From Eledone cirrhosa (Eukaryota): 64,000 nt of DNA. Location: positions 277,698,001 through 277,762,000 of the forward strand of contig OZ024741.1 of the NCBI GenBank assembly GCA_964016885.1. The letters run 5' to 3'. The position numbers and the translations under genes were made by a program. Shown one piece after another: positions 1-14,545 of the stretch. Position 1 is the first letter of the stretch; every line of letters begins with the position of its first letter. Under the pieces are notes generated by a model that worked only from the letters and a program-made list of their open reading frames with translations, did no database searches and was not told the DNA's origin.

Positions 1-690
1 GCAGTGGTGGAGGGTGGGTTATTGTGGTAGTGGTGTGGTGGTGGCAGTGGTGGTGGTGGTGGTGGTGGCAGTGGTGGAGAGTGGGTGATGGTGGTAGTGG
101 TGGTGGTGGTGGTGGTGGCAGTGGTGGAGAGTGGGTGATGGTGGTAGTGGTGGTGGTGGTGGTGGTGGCAGTGGTGGAGGATGGGTGATTGTGGTAGTGG
201 TGGTGGTGGTGGTGGTGGCGGTGGTGGAGGGTGGGTGATTGTGGTAGTGGTGGTGGTGGTGGTGGTGGTGGCAGTAGTGGTGGTGGTGGTGGTGGTGGGG
301 TGGCAGTGGTGGAGAGTGGGTGATGGTGGTAGTGGTGGTGGTGGTGGTGGCAGTGGTGGAGGGTGGGTGATGGTGGTGATGGTGGCAGTGTTGGAGAGTG
401 GGTGATGGCGATAGTGGTGGTGGTGGTGGTGGCAGTGGTGGAGGGTGGGTGATGGTGGTAGTGGTGGTGGTGGTGGTGGTGGTGGCAGTAGTGGTGGTGG
501 TGGTGGTGGTGGGGTGATGATCGTGGTGATAGTAGTGGAGGGTGGGTGATGGCGGTGGTGGTGGTGGTGGTGGTGGCGATGGTGGCGGCGGTGGTGGTGG
601 TGGTGGTGCTGGCAGTGGTGGTGGCGGCGGTGGTGGTGGTGGTGGTGCTGGCAGTGGTGGTGGCGGCAGTGGTGGTGGTGGTGGTGGTGG
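1..690. repeat. (GGT)n-based low-complexity repeat with ~60-bp higher-order units
   Basis: Recurrent gcagtggtggagRgtgggtgat..gtggtagtggtggtggt units are visible directly. Confidence 0.9.
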
Positions 691-814
691 GTTCTTGACC
701 TTTTTTTTATTATTCCGGATTTCACACTATCGACCCCCCCACCCTTTCCCCTACAACGATTGCCCAATATATTACCACCACCCACCATGCCCACCTTCGA
801 CAGACTGTCAAAGT

Positions 815-1283
815 CATTATCATCATCATCATTACCGCCATCATCGTCATGCCCATCACTATTGTCAACATCATCATCATCATCATCGTAGTTATCATCA
901 TCAACATCATCATCATCGTCATCATTACCACCACAATCATTATTATCATCACCTCTACCACCATCATTAACATCACGACCATCACCACCGCTACCACCAC
1001 TACCACTATCTACCACCACTACCACTATCTACCACCACTACCACTATCTACCACCACTACCGACACCACCACCACCATTACCATCCATCATCATCATCGC
1101 CATTACCTCAACTATCATCATCATTATCATCATCACAACCACCACCACACCCATCATTATCCTCAAAATCACTGCCATCACCATCACCATCATCGTCATA
1201 ACCACCACAATCACCAGCCTTACCATCATCATCATCATCATCACCAACAACACCACCATCACCGTCACCACCATTACCCCCAC
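815..1283. repeat. (CAT)n/(CAC)n trinucleotide low-complexity tract
   Basis: Runs of catcat and caccac; the ORFs here are poly-His/Thr/Ile artefacts. Confidence 0.85.
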
Positions 1284-1304
1284 CAGTGCTATTCGGCACC
1301 AGTC

Positions 1305-1412
1305 TGTGAATTGGCAACGTTCTTTCCAGGTCTCTGCGTTCTGAATTCAAACCGCACCGAGGTCAACTTGACCTTTCATCTTTACGGGGTCGATAGATGA
1401 AGTACGAGTCGA
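1305..1412 (+). mobile_element. tRNA-derived SINE fragment (abundant local family)
   Basis: gaattcaaaccgcaccgaggtcaacttgacctttcatctttacggggtcgatagatgaagtac matches the copies at 4.0-4.9, 33.1, 38.5 and 39.4 kb. Confidence 0.75.
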
Positions 1413-1599
1413 GGAGCGGTAGAGTGGAGGGAATTGTAAAAGATTTTGATGAGATAGCTTGCGGTATTTATACCGGTTCTGTAGCTTCTGTGTTCAAATT
1501 CCGCACCCTGTCACCCGAAAATCAGTGATGCTTCTACTAGAGGTTGAAACTGACAGATACTATTATCAAGGGAAAGGGGAAAGGCGAAAGAGACCGATA

Positions 1600-1978
1600 G
1601 TCAGATCAGACCAAGGAAACAATGGACTTTCCCTTGCTGATACTATCTACGAGTAACAACTCCTGGCGAAAGAAAAGAATCAATCATCAGATCGGACCAA
1701 GGAAACAATGTTTCCATTCGTCTTTCCATTGTTGATACTATTTGTTGATCAAAACTCCTGGCAGAATTAAGGAGACGATCTTCAGATCGGACCAAGGAGA
1801 CAATGTTTCCATTGGTCTTTCCCTTGCTGATACTATCTTTTGGTCACAACTCTTGGTTGAAGAAAGGAGCTGATCGTCAGATCGGACCAAGGAAACAATG
1901 TTTCCATTGGTCTTTCCCTTGCTGATAGTAACTGTTTGTTAGTGACAGCTACTGGCAGAAGAAAGGGACTGATCGACA
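1600..1978. repeat. Four diverged ~86-95-bp tandem units derived from a SINE body
   Basis: tcagatcggaccaaggaaacaatgtttccattggtctttcccttgctgatactatc starts at ~1601, 1687, 1782 and 1877; the same sequence occurs inside the SINE at 44515-44590. Confidence 0.85.
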
Positions 1979-2398
1979 TACTCCTGTAATGTCTAAGATG
2001 AAGGCGGGGGAAGGGGGTACGGGATGGGACGAAGTGTCTATTCTCACTCCAATTCTTTATCCTCCGAAATAATGGCCTGGCTGATAAAATTCTACACACA
2101 TTAAACTATACACAGGATTCACTCTACACACACTAAAATATAGACACACTATATACACACTGTACTATATAATTACTACACTATATATACACTACACTAT
2201 ACACACAATACAATATACACATACTACATTATACACACAAGCTTGTCTTTGTGTCTGGAGATGGAAGAATCACAAAAAAACCGGCAATGGAAGGAGACTA
2301 AAGTTGGCGAAATATATAGTTAGTATGTGTATATATATATATAGGTGCATGTAACTGTTGTATGAGTGTACATGTGTGTCTGTGTGTGTATGTGTGTA

Positions 2399-2506
<108 letters not shown>

Positions 2507-2754
2507 GACACACATAAATACATATATATGCGTGTGTGTGAGTAAATGTGTGTGTATATATATGTGTGTGTGTGTGTGTGAGTATATATATTGGTGGAAA
2601 TAAAACCGTCGGTGTTATATAGATAACAACTATCCATTACTAATTATCTGAGAGGAATCTTTTTTTTTTATTTTATTTTTAGTTTTGGCTTGGAGAAAGA
2701 ATGGCGAAACTGAGAGTCAGATACAAAGACGGATATATATATATATGTGTATAC

Positions 2755-2786
<32 letters not shown>

Positions 2787-3365
2787 ACGTGTGTTGGAGG
2801 GGGTGAGCATGTGTGTGTGTACATGTGTGTGTGTGTATGTGTGTATGTATGTGAGTATGTGTGTGAGTATGTGTGTGAGTGTGTGTACGTGTGTGTATAG
2901 AGTGTGTGTACGTGTGTGTACGTGTGTGTACAGATGGAGGGACCGATATATATATATAGAGAGAGAGGGGGGAACAGACAGGCAGAAAGACAAATAGACA
3001 GGCAGACAGATATTTTGACGGGGATTGGTAGAATTGTGGCAAAGTGAAATGGATAAAGAGTAGTGGTGGGGCGTTAATGAGCGAAGGGTGTTGGGTGGGA
3101 GCGTTAAAGGAGGAAAGGAAGGAAGGAAGGAAGGAAGGAAGGAAGACTGGAACCAAGGAAGGAAGGATGAAAGGGAAGCTAACAAAGGTCCTACACTATA
3201 GAATGATGCCTGTCTGTAAAGGTTTTTATAGTGAAGAAAGACCTTGCACTGGACCAATCCCACTCACTGAGCAACAATAGCCATAATCCCAAAAGAACAG
3301 ATCAACACCATAGGTTACTATTGAGCTGCAGGTTTTACATCAGAGTTTCTTTCTCCAGAGAGATA

Positions 3366-3565
3366 NNNNNNNNNNNNNNNNNNNNNNNNNNNNNNNNNNN
3401 NNNNNNNNNNNNNNNNNNNNNNNNNNNNNNNNNNNNNNNNNNNNNNNNNNNNNNNNNNNNNNNNNNNNNNNNNNNNNNNNNNNNNNNNNNNNNNNNNNNN
3501 NNNNNNNNNNNNNNNNNNNNNNNNNNNNNNNNNNNNNNNNNNNNNNNNNNNNNNNNNNNNNNNNN
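3366..3565. other. Assembly gap (200 N)
   Basis: Run of N. Confidence 1.
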
Positions 3566-3600
3566 CGTATATATATTTATATATATGTATGTATATATAC

Positions 3601-3657
<57 letters not shown>

Positions 3658-3753
3658 CGTGTATATATATACATATATATGTATATATACGTGTATATAT
3701 ATATATATATATGTATGTATATATATACGTGTATATATATGTATGTATATATA

Positions 3754-3839
<86 letters not shown>

Positions 3840-4017
3840 GTGAGAGAGAGAGAGGGAGAGATTAGAGCCGCCACCACCCGTCTTATTTGACCGACACCTC
3901 CTCTCAATCCGTCCCCCATTACCCCCGGTGGGTGTGGTCCAACAGCAACAAAGATGGATGATAAGGGTTCTTATCAAGATAGAACACGTTGTTTTATTTT
4001 ATTCTATTTATTAATTA

Positions 4018-4948
4018 ACGTGAATTGGCAGTATCGGTACAGCGTCAGACACCATGCTTTGCAGCATAGAGTTATGGCCCTTTACGTCCTGAGTTCAAAA
4101 CCCGCCGAGATTAGCTTTACCTTTCATCTTTACGGGGTCGATAAAATAACTTACCAGTAGTGCACTGGGGTCGATTTAATCGACTTCCCCCCCCCCCCCA
4201 AAAAAAAATTACTGGCCTTGTGCCTATATAAGAAACCATTATTATTAGGGCGGTGAATTGGCAGAATCGGTGGAGCGTCAGTCAAATGCTCAGCAATAAT
4301 TGTGTCGGTCTCGCAATAAACTTCCGAGTTTAAACCCGACCGAGGTTAGCTTTGCCTTTCATCCTTCTGTGGTCGATAAAATAAAGTACCAGTAAATTAC
4401 TGGGTTCAGTATAATCGACTTTATTTTTACACCTAAATTCTGGCCTTGTGCTAATGCTAGAAAGAATTATTATGTTTTTTTTTTTCTTTGTTTTTTTTTT
4501 TTGTTTTTTTTTGGGGGGGGGGGGGTCATTTCTATGTAACCTCTGTAACCCCACCTCGATTCCTGTGTTAACTTTTTTTGTAATGTCTCCTTCGTCTGAT
4601 GCTCATGTGGCAAATAAAAAAAGCCTGCTTTGTATTCCACTCTTCCAAGGGTTCGATAAAATAAAGTTCCTGTTAACTACTGGGGCTGATAAAACCTATC
4701 CCGGCCCTCCAGAAAAATGTTTGGCCTTGTGCCAAAATTAGAAATTTAATGGTGGTAGAATGGATGAATTGCAGTATTTGTTCTGAACTCTTTACATTCT
4801 CTGTTCTTTTACAAATCTCGCCATGGTCAATTTTGCTTTTCATCCTTTCGAGGTCGATAAAATAAATACCAGTAATGCACGGAGGTCGATTTAATTAATT
4901 TTTCCCTTTCCCAAATATCTGGCCTAGTGCCTAAAATAGAAATCATTA
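4018..4948 (+). mobile_element. Cluster of ~4 tandem tRNA-derived SINE copies with (ATT)n tails
   Basis: Repeated A-box-like tggcagaatcggt, B-box-like gagttcaaa, central tttgcctttcatccttNNggggtcgataaaataaagtaccagt (resembles the Meta-domain of MetaSINEs, from memory) and 3' ggccttgtgcc..agaaa..attatt. Confidence 0.85.
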
Positions 4949-5371
4949 TTGCTGCTGATGTTGCTGTTGTTGTTATTGCTGTTGTTGTTAATGTTCTCGT
5001 TGTTATTATTACTATTGTTATTACAGTTGTTGTTAGCTGGTTCAGCTTATCAGATAGAACGTGTGTAGATTGATATTGTCCATGGTTTGTTTGGTGTATG
5101 TAAAAAGTACGTTGTTTATATTGGATATATATTTTAATTGGTATGGAGCGGGGCAGGTGGGGGTGAGGTGGTGGGGTGAGGTGGTGGGGGTGGGGGTGTC
5201 CTAGAGAGATATGTCAAAGAAATATCAGCATTATACACCCTGTGAGGACCTACCAACAACTGACAGGTTTATTTTTTAATCCAATCCCTAGCGCTTCAAA
5301 TATCTGGTGTCCTGTACACTCCATCAGAAAAGGTAAAAAAAAAAAGATAATACAATAAACTATTGGGTTCT

Positions 5372-5535
5372 AATTTAGGCACAAGGCCAGCAATTTTTTT
5401 TTTTGGGGGGGGGGGATTAAATCGAACCCAGTTTGTTGCAGGTATTTTATTTTATCGACCCCCGCAAGAATGAAAGGCAAAGCTAACCTCAGCGGGATTT
5501 GAAATCAGAATGTAAAATGACATAACTCTATGCCA
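5372..5535 (-). mobile_element. SINE, same family, reverse orientation
   Basis: ggcacaaggccagcaa...ttttatcgacccc..gaatgaaaggcaaagctaacctcagcgggatttgaa is the reverse complement of the family consensus. Confidence 0.8.
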
Positions 5536-5557
5536 CGAATGAAATTTGCAGCACAAA

Positions 5558-6952
5558 CTTATGTTACTATAGGAGCCCCCTGTTACACCTCACACTTATG
5601 TGAATATAGGAGCCCCAGTGCTGTTACAGATTACATCTATGTTAATATAGGAGCCCCATTGGTGTTACAGGTTACACCTATGTTAATATAGGGGCTACAG
5701 TGCTGTTACAGGTTACTTCTATGTGAATATAAGAGCTCCAGTGTAGTTACAGGTCCCACCTATGTTACTATAGGAGCTCCAGTGGTGTTACATGTTACAC
5801 CTATGTTACTAAAGGAACTATAGTGTCGTTACAGGTTACACCTATGTTACTATAGGAGCCTCAGTGTTGCTGTTACACCTATGTTACTATAGGAGCTACA
5901 GTGGTGTTACATGTTACACCTATGTTACTATAGGAACTATAGTGTCGTTACAGGTTACACCTATGTTACTAGATGAGCCTCAGTGTTGCTGTTACACCTA
6001 TGTTACTATAGGAGCTACAGTGGTGTTACATGTTACACCTATGTTACTATAGGAACTATAGTGTCGTTACAGGTTACACCTATGTTACTAGATGAGCCTC
6101 AGTGTTGCTGTTACACCTATGTTACTATAGGAGCTCCAATGGTGTTACATGATACACCTATGTTACTATAGGAACTATAGTGTCGTTACAGGTTACACCT
6201 ATGTTACTAGATGAGCCTCAGTGTTGCTGTTACACCTATGTTACTATAGGAGCTCCAGTGGTGTTACATGTTACACCTATGTTACTATAGGAACTATAGT
6301 GTCGTTACAGGTTACACCTATGTTACTAGATGAGCCTCAGTGTTGCTGTTACACCTATGTTACTATAGGAGCTCCAATGGTGTTACATGTTACACCTATG
6401 TTACTATAGGAACTATAGTGTCGTTACAGGTTACACCTATGTTACTAGATGAGCCTCAGTGTTGCTGTTACACCTATGTTACTATAGGAGCTCCAATGGT
6501 GTTACATGTTACACCTATGTTACTATAGGAACTATAGTGTCGTTACAGGTTACACCTATGTTACTAGATGAGCCTCAGTGTTGCTGTTACACCTATGTTA
6601 CTATAGGAGCTCCAATGGTGTTACATGTTACACCTATGTTACTATAGGAACTATAGTGTCGTTACAGGTTACACCTATGTTACTAGATGAGCCTCAGTGT
6701 TGCTGTTACACCTATGTTACTATAGGAGCTCCAATGGTGTTACATGTTACACCTATGTTACTATAGGAACTATAGTGTCGTTACAGGTTACACCTATGTT
6801 ACTAGATGAGCCTCAGTGTTGCTGTTACACCTATGTTACTATAGGAGCTCCAATGGTGTTACATGTTACACCTATGTTACTATAGGAGCCCCAGTGGTGT
6901 TACAGGTTACACCTATGTTACTAGATGAGCCTCAGTGTTGCTGTTACACCTC
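5558..6952. repeat. 119-bp higher-order minisatellite (41+41+37-bp subunits, ~9-10 copies) with monomeric ~41-bp flank
   Basis: Near-identical ORFs recur at multiples of 119 bp; every subunit starts gttacacctatgttacta. Confidence 0.95.
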
Positions 6953-7190
6953 ACACCTAGGCAGGTTTAGTTAGTTTCCAACGATGTTGTATCTCACAGG
7001 AAGTTTTTCTCGGTTGTTTCTATGTTAGGGCTCGCCCAGTCTTATGATGCTGCTGTTGTTAACACAAGGGAGAGAGAAAGAGAAAGAGAGTGTGTGTCTA
7101 TATAAGAGAGAGGGAGAGAGAGGGTAATGGTGTGTGTATCTAAGAGAGAGAAAGGGGTGACTGTGTGTATGTGAGATATATATATATGTA

Positions 7191-7331
<141 letters not shown>

Positions 7332-7462
7332 GATAAATCTACCAAGAATTTACGGTAGTGTCCAATCCGTATGAAGAACTCAATGTATTCCGGATATCAT
7401 GGAAAGAAGAGATGTAATGAAAAATCACTTTCGGTGAAAGATAAACGGTATACAGAGTCAAG

Positions 7463-8306
7463 ATAAAATATTAAACAAATAATGAATTCCTTATATTAAA
7501 CAAAAAAAGTTCATTATTTAACGATCGTTTCTAGGATATATATGTGTTAGAATTGGCATGCATATTCAACAGATCTATGTACAAAATTATACAAAATTAT
7601 ACAAACTATCAAGATTAAATATACATACCAACACATATATACGCCGTCTTCAGAAATAATGAAGTATATTTATTGATAATAACAACAATTCAAAATTTCA
7701 GGTCCGTTTGGGAACAAAAATTGACCAATGAAAACAACAAAGGGTTAAATGCAGTTCGGTGTGTGTATATACATGTAAAACCCTTACACATATTTTACAA
7801 AAATGTATGTATAATTTGTATACGCATACTAAAAGGATGGATGCAAATACAAAATTTCAAAATTTCAAGGTTAATGTCTCTGTAAGTTTATAATGCACAG
7901 ATAAGATGCGTATTGACACAAGTATGAAATTAAGTATATAAATATATTTTTTCATACTCACACATATCCGTACAATCACACATACACGCGCGTATATGCA
8001 TAAATATACACATAACGACGAACATACAAACACACACACACCCCCACTCACATTTATATATGTGGATATAAAATCATAAGCACATGGATATTAATTCACT
8101 CACATAAACACTGGCACACACATTTTTAGATCAAGATACAGAAATTAGGTGGGAGGGGGGGGAGAGGTCAGTATTCAACGGTCTGAGCAGACTGCCTAAT
8201 ATAGATGTATCTATAAACTAAGAAAATAAAAAATAATAAATAAACATTAAAGAGGAAAGAATAGAAAGAAAAAAGAAAAAAGAAAAAAGAAAAAGAATAT
8301 ATCAAG

Positions 8307-8338
<32 letters not shown>

Positions 8339-9195
8339 ACACATACATATATATATATATATATACACACACATATATATATAATATACATATATATACA
8401 CATAGACACACACACACACATACATAAATATACACACATATACAAACACATACATACATATACACACATCCACACTAAGAACATACATACACACACATAT
8501 ATAAACATATACATATACACACATACATACATATACACATATACATACAAATACACATATATATATATATACATATATATGTATATACACGTACATATAC
8601 ACACACATATACATATAATCACACATACTATATAGACACACATATATATAACCACACACATACATGCACATATACAACACTTACATACTAATATACATAC
8701 AGATATACACATACATAGCTATATATACACACAAATATATACAGACTTACATATATACATACAGACAAATACTTACGCATCTATATATCGGTATATACAT
8801 ACAAACACCACTACACTATCACACAACTTAGACATACAAAGAGAAAGGTATATACCTATACACACATACATATACAATAGAAAAAACATATAGATATATA
8901 TATATATATATACACACACATATATATATACATATATATATATAACATATATATATATATATATATATACACATACATATACACATACACACACATACAC
9001 ATACACACACATACATACATGTACACACACATAGAAATATATACGCATACACACATACACACATACATATAAAGTCATACACACACATACACCTACACGA
9101 ACATACACATACACATATATAAAGATATATATACACACACAACGCAAACACACATACACATATATATAAAAAAAATAAATAATAAAGATATATAC

Positions 9196-9244
<49 letters not shown>

Positions 9245-9597
9245 CACATACATATATATATACATACACATACATACACACATACATAGACATACATGTA
9301 CATGCATACACGTACATCGATATACATACATATATATATACACACATAGACATATACATACATACACACACAACTTACATACACACATATATATACATGT
9401 ATATTCATACATAGAATTAGATATATAATCATACATACATATGCATTTACTTATACTCATATATACAAATACATACGCATCCATATATGCGTATATACAT
9501 AAAAACACCACTACAACCTCACCTAACTCAGACATACAAATAAAAATAAAAAGGCATATGTATATACATATATACACGCATTAATAGAGATATATAT

Positions 9598-9667
<70 letters not shown>

Positions 9668-9905
9668 ATTCATATATATATACATATAGATACCCACACA
9701 CACATACCACCATAAATACACATACAAACACCCACATATACATATATATACACACGTATATATATATATATATATATACACACACATAAAAAACAGACAT
9801 GCACATATATATATATTTTTTTACACTTATATATACACATATTATATACACATACACAACCTCACATATACACACATACACATAAGTTATATTATAATAA
9901 TAAAA

Positions 9906-9942
<37 letters not shown>

Positions 9943-10026
9943 CATATATATATATATATATACATATAAACATATACATACATATATACACACATACGAA
10001 TATAGACATATATTCACACATAGACA

Positions 10027-10068
<42 letters not shown>

Positions 10069-10320
10069 TACATATACACAGACACATATACACACTCACA
10101 TATATATGTGTGTGCACACACACATATATACACACATACACACATATACACATAAACACATATATGTGCATACATGCACACACACACACATATATCCACA
10201 TAGATACGAAGATAGACATATAAATAGAGAGACATACATATATATACAACACACATACACACACATACATACACACACATATACATATACATATATATAC
10301 ATATATATATATTTCTATAT

Positions 10321-10367
<47 letters not shown>

Positions 10368-11273
10368 CATACACATACACATACACACATTCACATACAC
10401 ATACATATATACATGCATATATACACATATATACATACATACACACACTCATATATACACACACAATCTTACATTCATATTTGCATGCGCATATATGTAT
10501 TTTTATATTCAGATATAAATACCCAAACCTATATAGACACCTACCTACATATATATTCATACATACACGCTTACAAATACAGATGATAATAGTATGGGGG
10601 AAAGGGGGGGTTTGGAGAAGGGGATCATAGTAAATATATGTTTCAAGAAACATAGAATATTTTCCGTATCTTGATCCAATGTATGTTTTTTACATAGTTT
10701 CAGTGTTAGGAAATACAATAAACAAGAACTAAGGCAAAATCTATGCATCTCAAAATAAACAAGTATACCATTAATTATATGTTAACTAAACCAAAGATAG
10801 TTAACATATTGATTTCTAAGGTGTAAATTAGTTAGGTTTATAATATTTGAAGCAGAATTTTGAAGTTAAATAGTAGTAGAGTATTAATTATAGTATAACT
10901 AAATTAAAGTTAATAACGTTATGGTATCAATATTAGGAAATGAATTTAGTAATAGGGAAAAAACAAATAAAATAAAGTATTACATCGGTAGTAGAATATA
11001 AATTATAGGTTAACTAAATTAAAAATTATATATTTATTTCTATAGTATATGTTAATTAGGTATATAATACATAAAACAGATATTGTATTTTATCAATAGC
11101 ATAATATAATTATATGCAAATAGAAATCAAAATTAATACATATACATATACATATACATACACATACATATATACATATACATACACATATATATATATA
11201 TACATATATACACATATACATACACACACACATACACATACACATATACATATACATATTTTTTTCAAAAAAT
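7463..11273 (-). repeat. Left arm of ~3.8-kb inverted repeat
   Basis: Reverse complement of 12477-16344, differing mainly in microsatellite lengths and a few small indels. Confidence 0.95.
7510..7663 (-). ncRNA. Type-I hammerhead ribozyme motif (long stem II)
   Basis: Reverse complement of the motif at 16137-16290. Confidence 0.7.
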
Positions 11274-11754
11274 TGCATAGAATATATTAACTAGGTATAT
11301 ATCCAAAACACATCCCATTCTATGATTACATGACATTCTGCAATTCGTCTGTATAAGGATACTAATTTTAAGCAAATTAAAATTAAATTTTTAGGTTGAT
11401 TAAAATTAAAACCAAATTATAAATATATTTCTAAAATGTATATTAATTAGGTCTATAATACTAAAAATTATTTCTCTGTCATTGGATACACGATATTATT
11501 TTGTTATATTTTATCTGTAAAAGAATTATAATAAAAGGTTTAAATAAATTAAAATTAATCTATAAATTAAATTACTAAGTATATATTAGTAATATTTAAA
11601 GGTTTTTCACAATTTATGATTACATAATATATTATATATTCTCATCTGTAATAAAATTTTAATTAAATTAAATTTATAGGTTAACTAACATTTAAATTAA
11701 ATTAATTTCTAAAATAATGTTATTAATTAGGTTTATAATATTTAAATGTTTTTT

Positions 11755-12420
11755 TTAGTTTATGATTACACGATATAATTAATTCCTGTCGTTTATTTAA
11801 TAAGATATCCTTAGACTTCATTATTTCAAATAGTTCTTGGGAACATAATCTACATTCATTTCTATTATTTTGATAAGGGGTGGCTCTTTTGAGGCACACT
11901 CCAGGTCAAATCATATTCTATATTCTTATTTTTATAACTATTGATTTTTTCTGCTAGAGATGTTGTATTAGCCAGTGCGGCATTTTTAAAACTATGCTTG
12001 TGGGGTATTTAACCTTGTCTAAAAATTGTTAGAGGTAGATCCTATATATGAGCAATTAGAATCTTTAGTTTTAACATTACATTTATAGACTATGTTGTTA
12101 ACAAGACAATTCACTTTTAATGGGCAGTTTTGCTTTGTTTCTACAGTTACATCCTTTCGTTAATCTGTATTTGAGGAGATATTATGGTTAATTTGATGTA
12201 CTGGTGGTATACTTATGGTTTTCTTACATTTATATGTATTATAGGCACTTATATTTTGTTTTATGTTATTTGTTGTAGAGTATGAGAATTTAACTGTAGA
12301 CCTATTTAAGATTTGATGGTATTTGTGGTTTGGCGGGAAGTTTTTCTCAAGGATATAAAAAAATTTTTAGCAATATTATCCTAACTTGTAAATTAAAAGG
12401 AGCATTATACAAGTAACCGT
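11755..12420 (-). pseudogene. Penelope-like RT C-terminal/linker region plus GIY-YIG endonuclease, frameshifted
   Basis: Manual translation across frames: YNAPFNLQV / ILEKNFPPNHKYHQILNRSTVKFSYS / CNCRNK-QNCPLKVNCLVNNIVYKCNV..SYIGSTSNNF*TR / HKHSFKN..NIEYDLTWSV / LKRATPY..ECRLCSQELFEIMK..LLNKRQELIISCNH. Confidence 0.85.
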
Positions 12421-12476
12421 CTATTACGGTTTCTATGTTGTTTATTATTTTTATTATTTTTATAGGTTGTATCGTG

Positions 12477-13381
12477 ATTTTTTTGAAAAAAATATGTATA
12501 TGTATATGTGTATGTGTATGTGTGTGTGTATGTATATGTGTATATATGTATATATATATATATGTGTATGTATATGTATATATGTATGTGTATGTATATG
12601 TATATGTATATGTATTAATTTTGATTTCTATTTGCATATAATTATATTATGCTATTGATAAAATACAATATCTGTTTTATGTATTATATACCTAATTAAC
12701 ATATACTATAGAAATAAATATATAATTTTTAATTAGTTAACCTATAATTTATATTCTACTACCGATGTAATACTTTATTTTATTTGTTTTTTCCCTATTA
12801 CTAAATTCATTTCCTAATATTGATACCATAACGTTATTAACTTTAATTTAGTTATACTATAATTAATACTCTACTACTATTTAACTTCAAAATTCTGCTT
12901 CAAATATTATAAACCTAACTAATTTACACCTTAGAAATCAATATGTTAACTATCTTTGGTTTAGTTAACATATAATTAATGGTATACTTGTTTATTTTGA
13001 GATGCATAGATTTTGCCTTAGTTCTTGTTTATTGTATTTCCTAACACTGAAACTATGTAAAAACATACATTGGATCAAGATACGGAAAATATTCTATGTT
13101 TCTTGAAACATATATTTACTATGATCCCCTTCTCCAAACCCCCCCTTTCCCCCATACTATTATCATCTGTATTTGTAAGCGTGTATGTATGAATATATAT
13201 GTAGGTAGGTGTCTATATAGGTTTGGGTATTTATATCTGAATATAAAAATACATATATGCGCATGCAAATATGAATGTAAGATTGTGTGTGTATATATGA
13301 GTGTGTGTATGTATGTATATATGTGTATATATGCATGTATATATGTATGTGTATGTGAATGTGTGTATGTGTATGTGTATG

Positions 13382-13428
<47 letters not shown>

Positions 13429-13680
13429 ATATAGAAATATATATATATGTATATATATGTATATGTATATGTGTGTGTATGTATGTGTGTGTATGTGTGT
13501 TGTATATATATGTATGTCTCTCTATTTATATGTCTATCTTCGTATCTATGTGGATATATGTGTGTGTGTGTGCATGTATGCACATATATGTGTTTATGTG
13601 TATATGTGTGTATGTGTGTATATATGTGTGTGTGCACACACATATATATGTGAGTGTGTATATGTGTCTGTGTATATGTA

Positions 13681-13714
<34 letters not shown>

Positions 13715-13800
13715 GGTGTCTATGTGTGAATATATGTCTATATTCGTATGTGTGTATATATGTATGTATATGTTTATATGTATATATATATATATATATG

Positions 13801-13839
<39 letters not shown>

Positions 13840-14077
13840 TTTTATTATTATAATATAACTTATGTGTATGTGTGTATATGTGAGGTTGTGTATGTGTATA
13901 TAATATGTGTATATATAAGTGTAAAAAAATATATATATATGTGCATGTCTGTTTTTTATGTGTGTGTATATATATATATATATATATACGTGTGTATATA
14001 TATGTATATGTGGGTGTTTGTATGTGTATTTATGGTGGTATGTGTGTGTGGGTATCTATATGTATATATATATGAAT

Positions 14078-14143
<66 letters not shown>

Positions 14144-14496
14144 ATATATATCTCTATTAATGCGTGTATATATGTATATACATATGCCTTTTTATTTTTA
14201 TTTGTATGTCTGAGTTAGGTGAGGTTGTAGTGGTGTTTTTATGTATATACGCATATATGGATGCGTATGTATTTGTATATATGAGTATAAGTAAATGCAT
14301 ATGTATGTATGATTATATATCTAATTCTATGTATGAATATACATGTATATATATGTGTGTATGTAAGTTGTGTGTGTATGTATGTATATGTCTATGTGTG
14401 TATATATATATGTATGTATATCGATGTACGTGTATGCATGTACATGTATGTCTATGTATGTGTGTATGTATGTGTATGTATATATATATGTATGTG

Positions 14497-14545
<49 letters not shown>

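Noticed and set aside
1-1283. GGT tract followed by CAC/CAT tract as a true inverted repeat or telomere
   Set aside because: The complementarity is only compositional, and there is no TTAGGG-type array.
4528-4625. Possible 3' UTR stub of a Tx1-type LINE (ends gtggcaaataaa like copy A)
   Set aside because: The match is too short to support by eye.
5558-6952. CRISPR-like look (constant 18-bp gttacacctatgttacta plus variable segments)
   Set aside because: The variable segments recur with period three and are related to each other; there are no cas genes and the context is eukaryotic.
11755-12420. Selenocysteine recoding as reported for some Naiad elements
   Set aside because: The conserved Cys codons here are TGT/TGC and the interruptions are frameshifts and TAA/TAG; I identified no SECIS.
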